Shown here piece after piece: positions 62,854 to 64,000 of a DNA stretch of 64,000 nucleotides. The position numbers and the translations under genes are program-made. The notes below the pieces were generated by a model that was not told the origin of the DNA, made no database searches, and worked only from the letters and a program-made list of their open reading frames with translations. The stretch is from the NCBI RefSeq assembly GCF_018977255.1, contig NW_024704743.1, positions 29,514,001 through 29,578,000 on the forward strand, given 5' to 3'. This DNA is from Callorhinchus milii. Taxonomy: Eukaryota. Position 1 is the first letter of the stretch, and each line of letters begins with the position of its first letter.

Positions 62854-63026
62854 CAGTAAACTTCCTGATAACTCATCACTCCAAGGGACTCAGTGGTGAG
62901 TTATCAGGAGTGGCGAGTTAGGCATATGTATAAATACATGAATAAATGTGGCCAGGATATTGGCAGCTTAATGATTTAAGTGGTAGTGAAAGGTCCATAC
63001 AGAGTTGAGTTTTTCGGAGTTTATTG
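62854..63026. mobile_element. pogo/Tigger-like MITE
   Basis: TA|cagtaaacttcctgataactca ... tgagtttttcggagtttattg|TA: imperfect ~21-bp TIRs, TA TSD and an internal inverted copy of the TIR motif. Confidence 0.7.
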
Positions 63027-63409
63027 TACTACATTCTAGTTATCAATAAATGGCACAGTTCATTGCTGGTGCTTTAAAATTCCAATAAAACAAGATCAAG
63101 GGTTGAGTCTTATTTGTGAATATAAACTACTTCATATTAAATTTTGGAAAATATCAGTCAAAAGGATAGACGCGACTGTGTGATTTCATACATCATATAA
63201 TGACTTGTAAATCTCACCCCTGAAACACAATTTCTATTATCATGTGGGGAATTATTCTAATTCATTAATTATTAGCAACAGTTGTAATAGAAACACACAC
63301 ACTACACGAAGGAACGGGGAGGAAAGGAAAATAATCTGGCTGGAATCATTGTATATGTGGCTGTCAGGTTTGAATAGCATCAGCTTTGATGTGATGTGCT
63401 CCCAAAGCT

Positions 63410-63645
63410 AACAGCCAAAACTCTAATGGGTAGGGTGGTCCTAGCTGCACAAACAGCAGGAAGCTTGTTCATCAGTGTTCGTAATCGCAACCTACGTGGC
63501 TTCAGCTGATAAAATTTCAGCAGTTCTCGCAGTGCATGCTTGGCTTCCCAAACCATGGCTTTTGCCAACCTGTACCTAATATTTTCTGACATTATGTGAG
63601 CAAGGTATACCCCACTGGAGAGAGAGCAGGCAATCCATTCTGGAC
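63410..63645 (-). mobile_element. Family C element fragment
   Basis: tttgccaacctgtacctaatattttctg..ccactggagagagag..ccattc matches the other copies. Confidence 0.7.
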
Positions 63646-63649
63646 TTAG

Positions 63650-63833
63650 AAACATTTGACTGAGATTTCAAAACTGAGATTGATAGATTTTTACAAACTA
63701 AAGGGATTAAGGGATACGGAGACAGGGTGGGTAAATGAAATTAGGTTAGAAGATCAGCCATGATCTTATTAAATGGTGGGGCAGGCTCGAGGGGCCGAAT
63801 GGCCTACTCCTGCTCCTACTTCTTATGTTCTTA
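63650..63833 (+). mobile_element. CR1 LINE 3' tail
   Basis: Near-identical to 43025-43193 (agatcagccatgatcttattaaatgg..ggcctactcctgctcct..cttatgttcttat). Confidence 0.9.
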
Positions 63834-64000
63834 TTTACATGCTTATTTCCAACTCTCAAGAGTAACTCTTCAGATGCACCATATAAAGAAATGCATATAG
63901 CACACCCATCCCTTAAAAGATATAAACTACCATTGACGTTATGGATTACATAAATCTTCAATTTCATGAAATGTGGCAGGGAGATATCCAGGAGTCACCT

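Noticed and set aside
1..64000. Prokaryote-type systems (CRISPR arrays, operons, defence islands)
   Set aside because: The sequence is vertebrate intronic and intergenic DNA. The only regularly recurring short unit (21209-22028) is a degenerate exon-derived repeat without a repeat-spacer architecture.

Overview
This is eukaryotic, repeat-rich vertebrate DNA. The repeat content (CR1 and L2 LINE fragments, Deu-domain tRNA-SINEs, a Penelope-like terminal repeat) points to a cartilaginous fish; that assignment is an inference. The only host coding sequence I recognise is the first coding exon of GMDS (GDP-mannose 4,6-dehydratase) on the minus strand at 22053-22000 (MSETASRKVAIVTGITGQ|GTGAG), inside a CpG-island promoter. 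Bases 1-21999 appear to be GMDS intron 1, since exon 2 was not found. Bases ~22.3-64 kb are upstream DNA with no recognisable host exon. Most ORFs in the track are chance ORFs or decayed transposon frames. A full-length but dead hAT (Charlie/SPIN-like) transposon lies at 8227-10571. The most unusual observations are: (1) a degenerate tandem array made from the GMDS exon-1 end plus its 5' splice site, giving a run of decoy donors in intron 1; (2) a ~200-bp-arm inverted duplication around a CR1; (3) a chimeric tRNA-Ala/CORE-like/half-Deu/L2-tail SINE with repeated antisense nesting; (4) an unrecognised ~570-bp TIR element with 8 copies; (5) L2-tail insertions with 30-38-bp flanking duplications; (6) a tiny Helitron-like remnant; (7) perfect DR5 and DR1 nuclear-receptor elements. 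I see no convincing new protein-coding system, and no CRISPR array, rRNA or true tRNA gene. Repeat boundaries were read by eye and are approximate.
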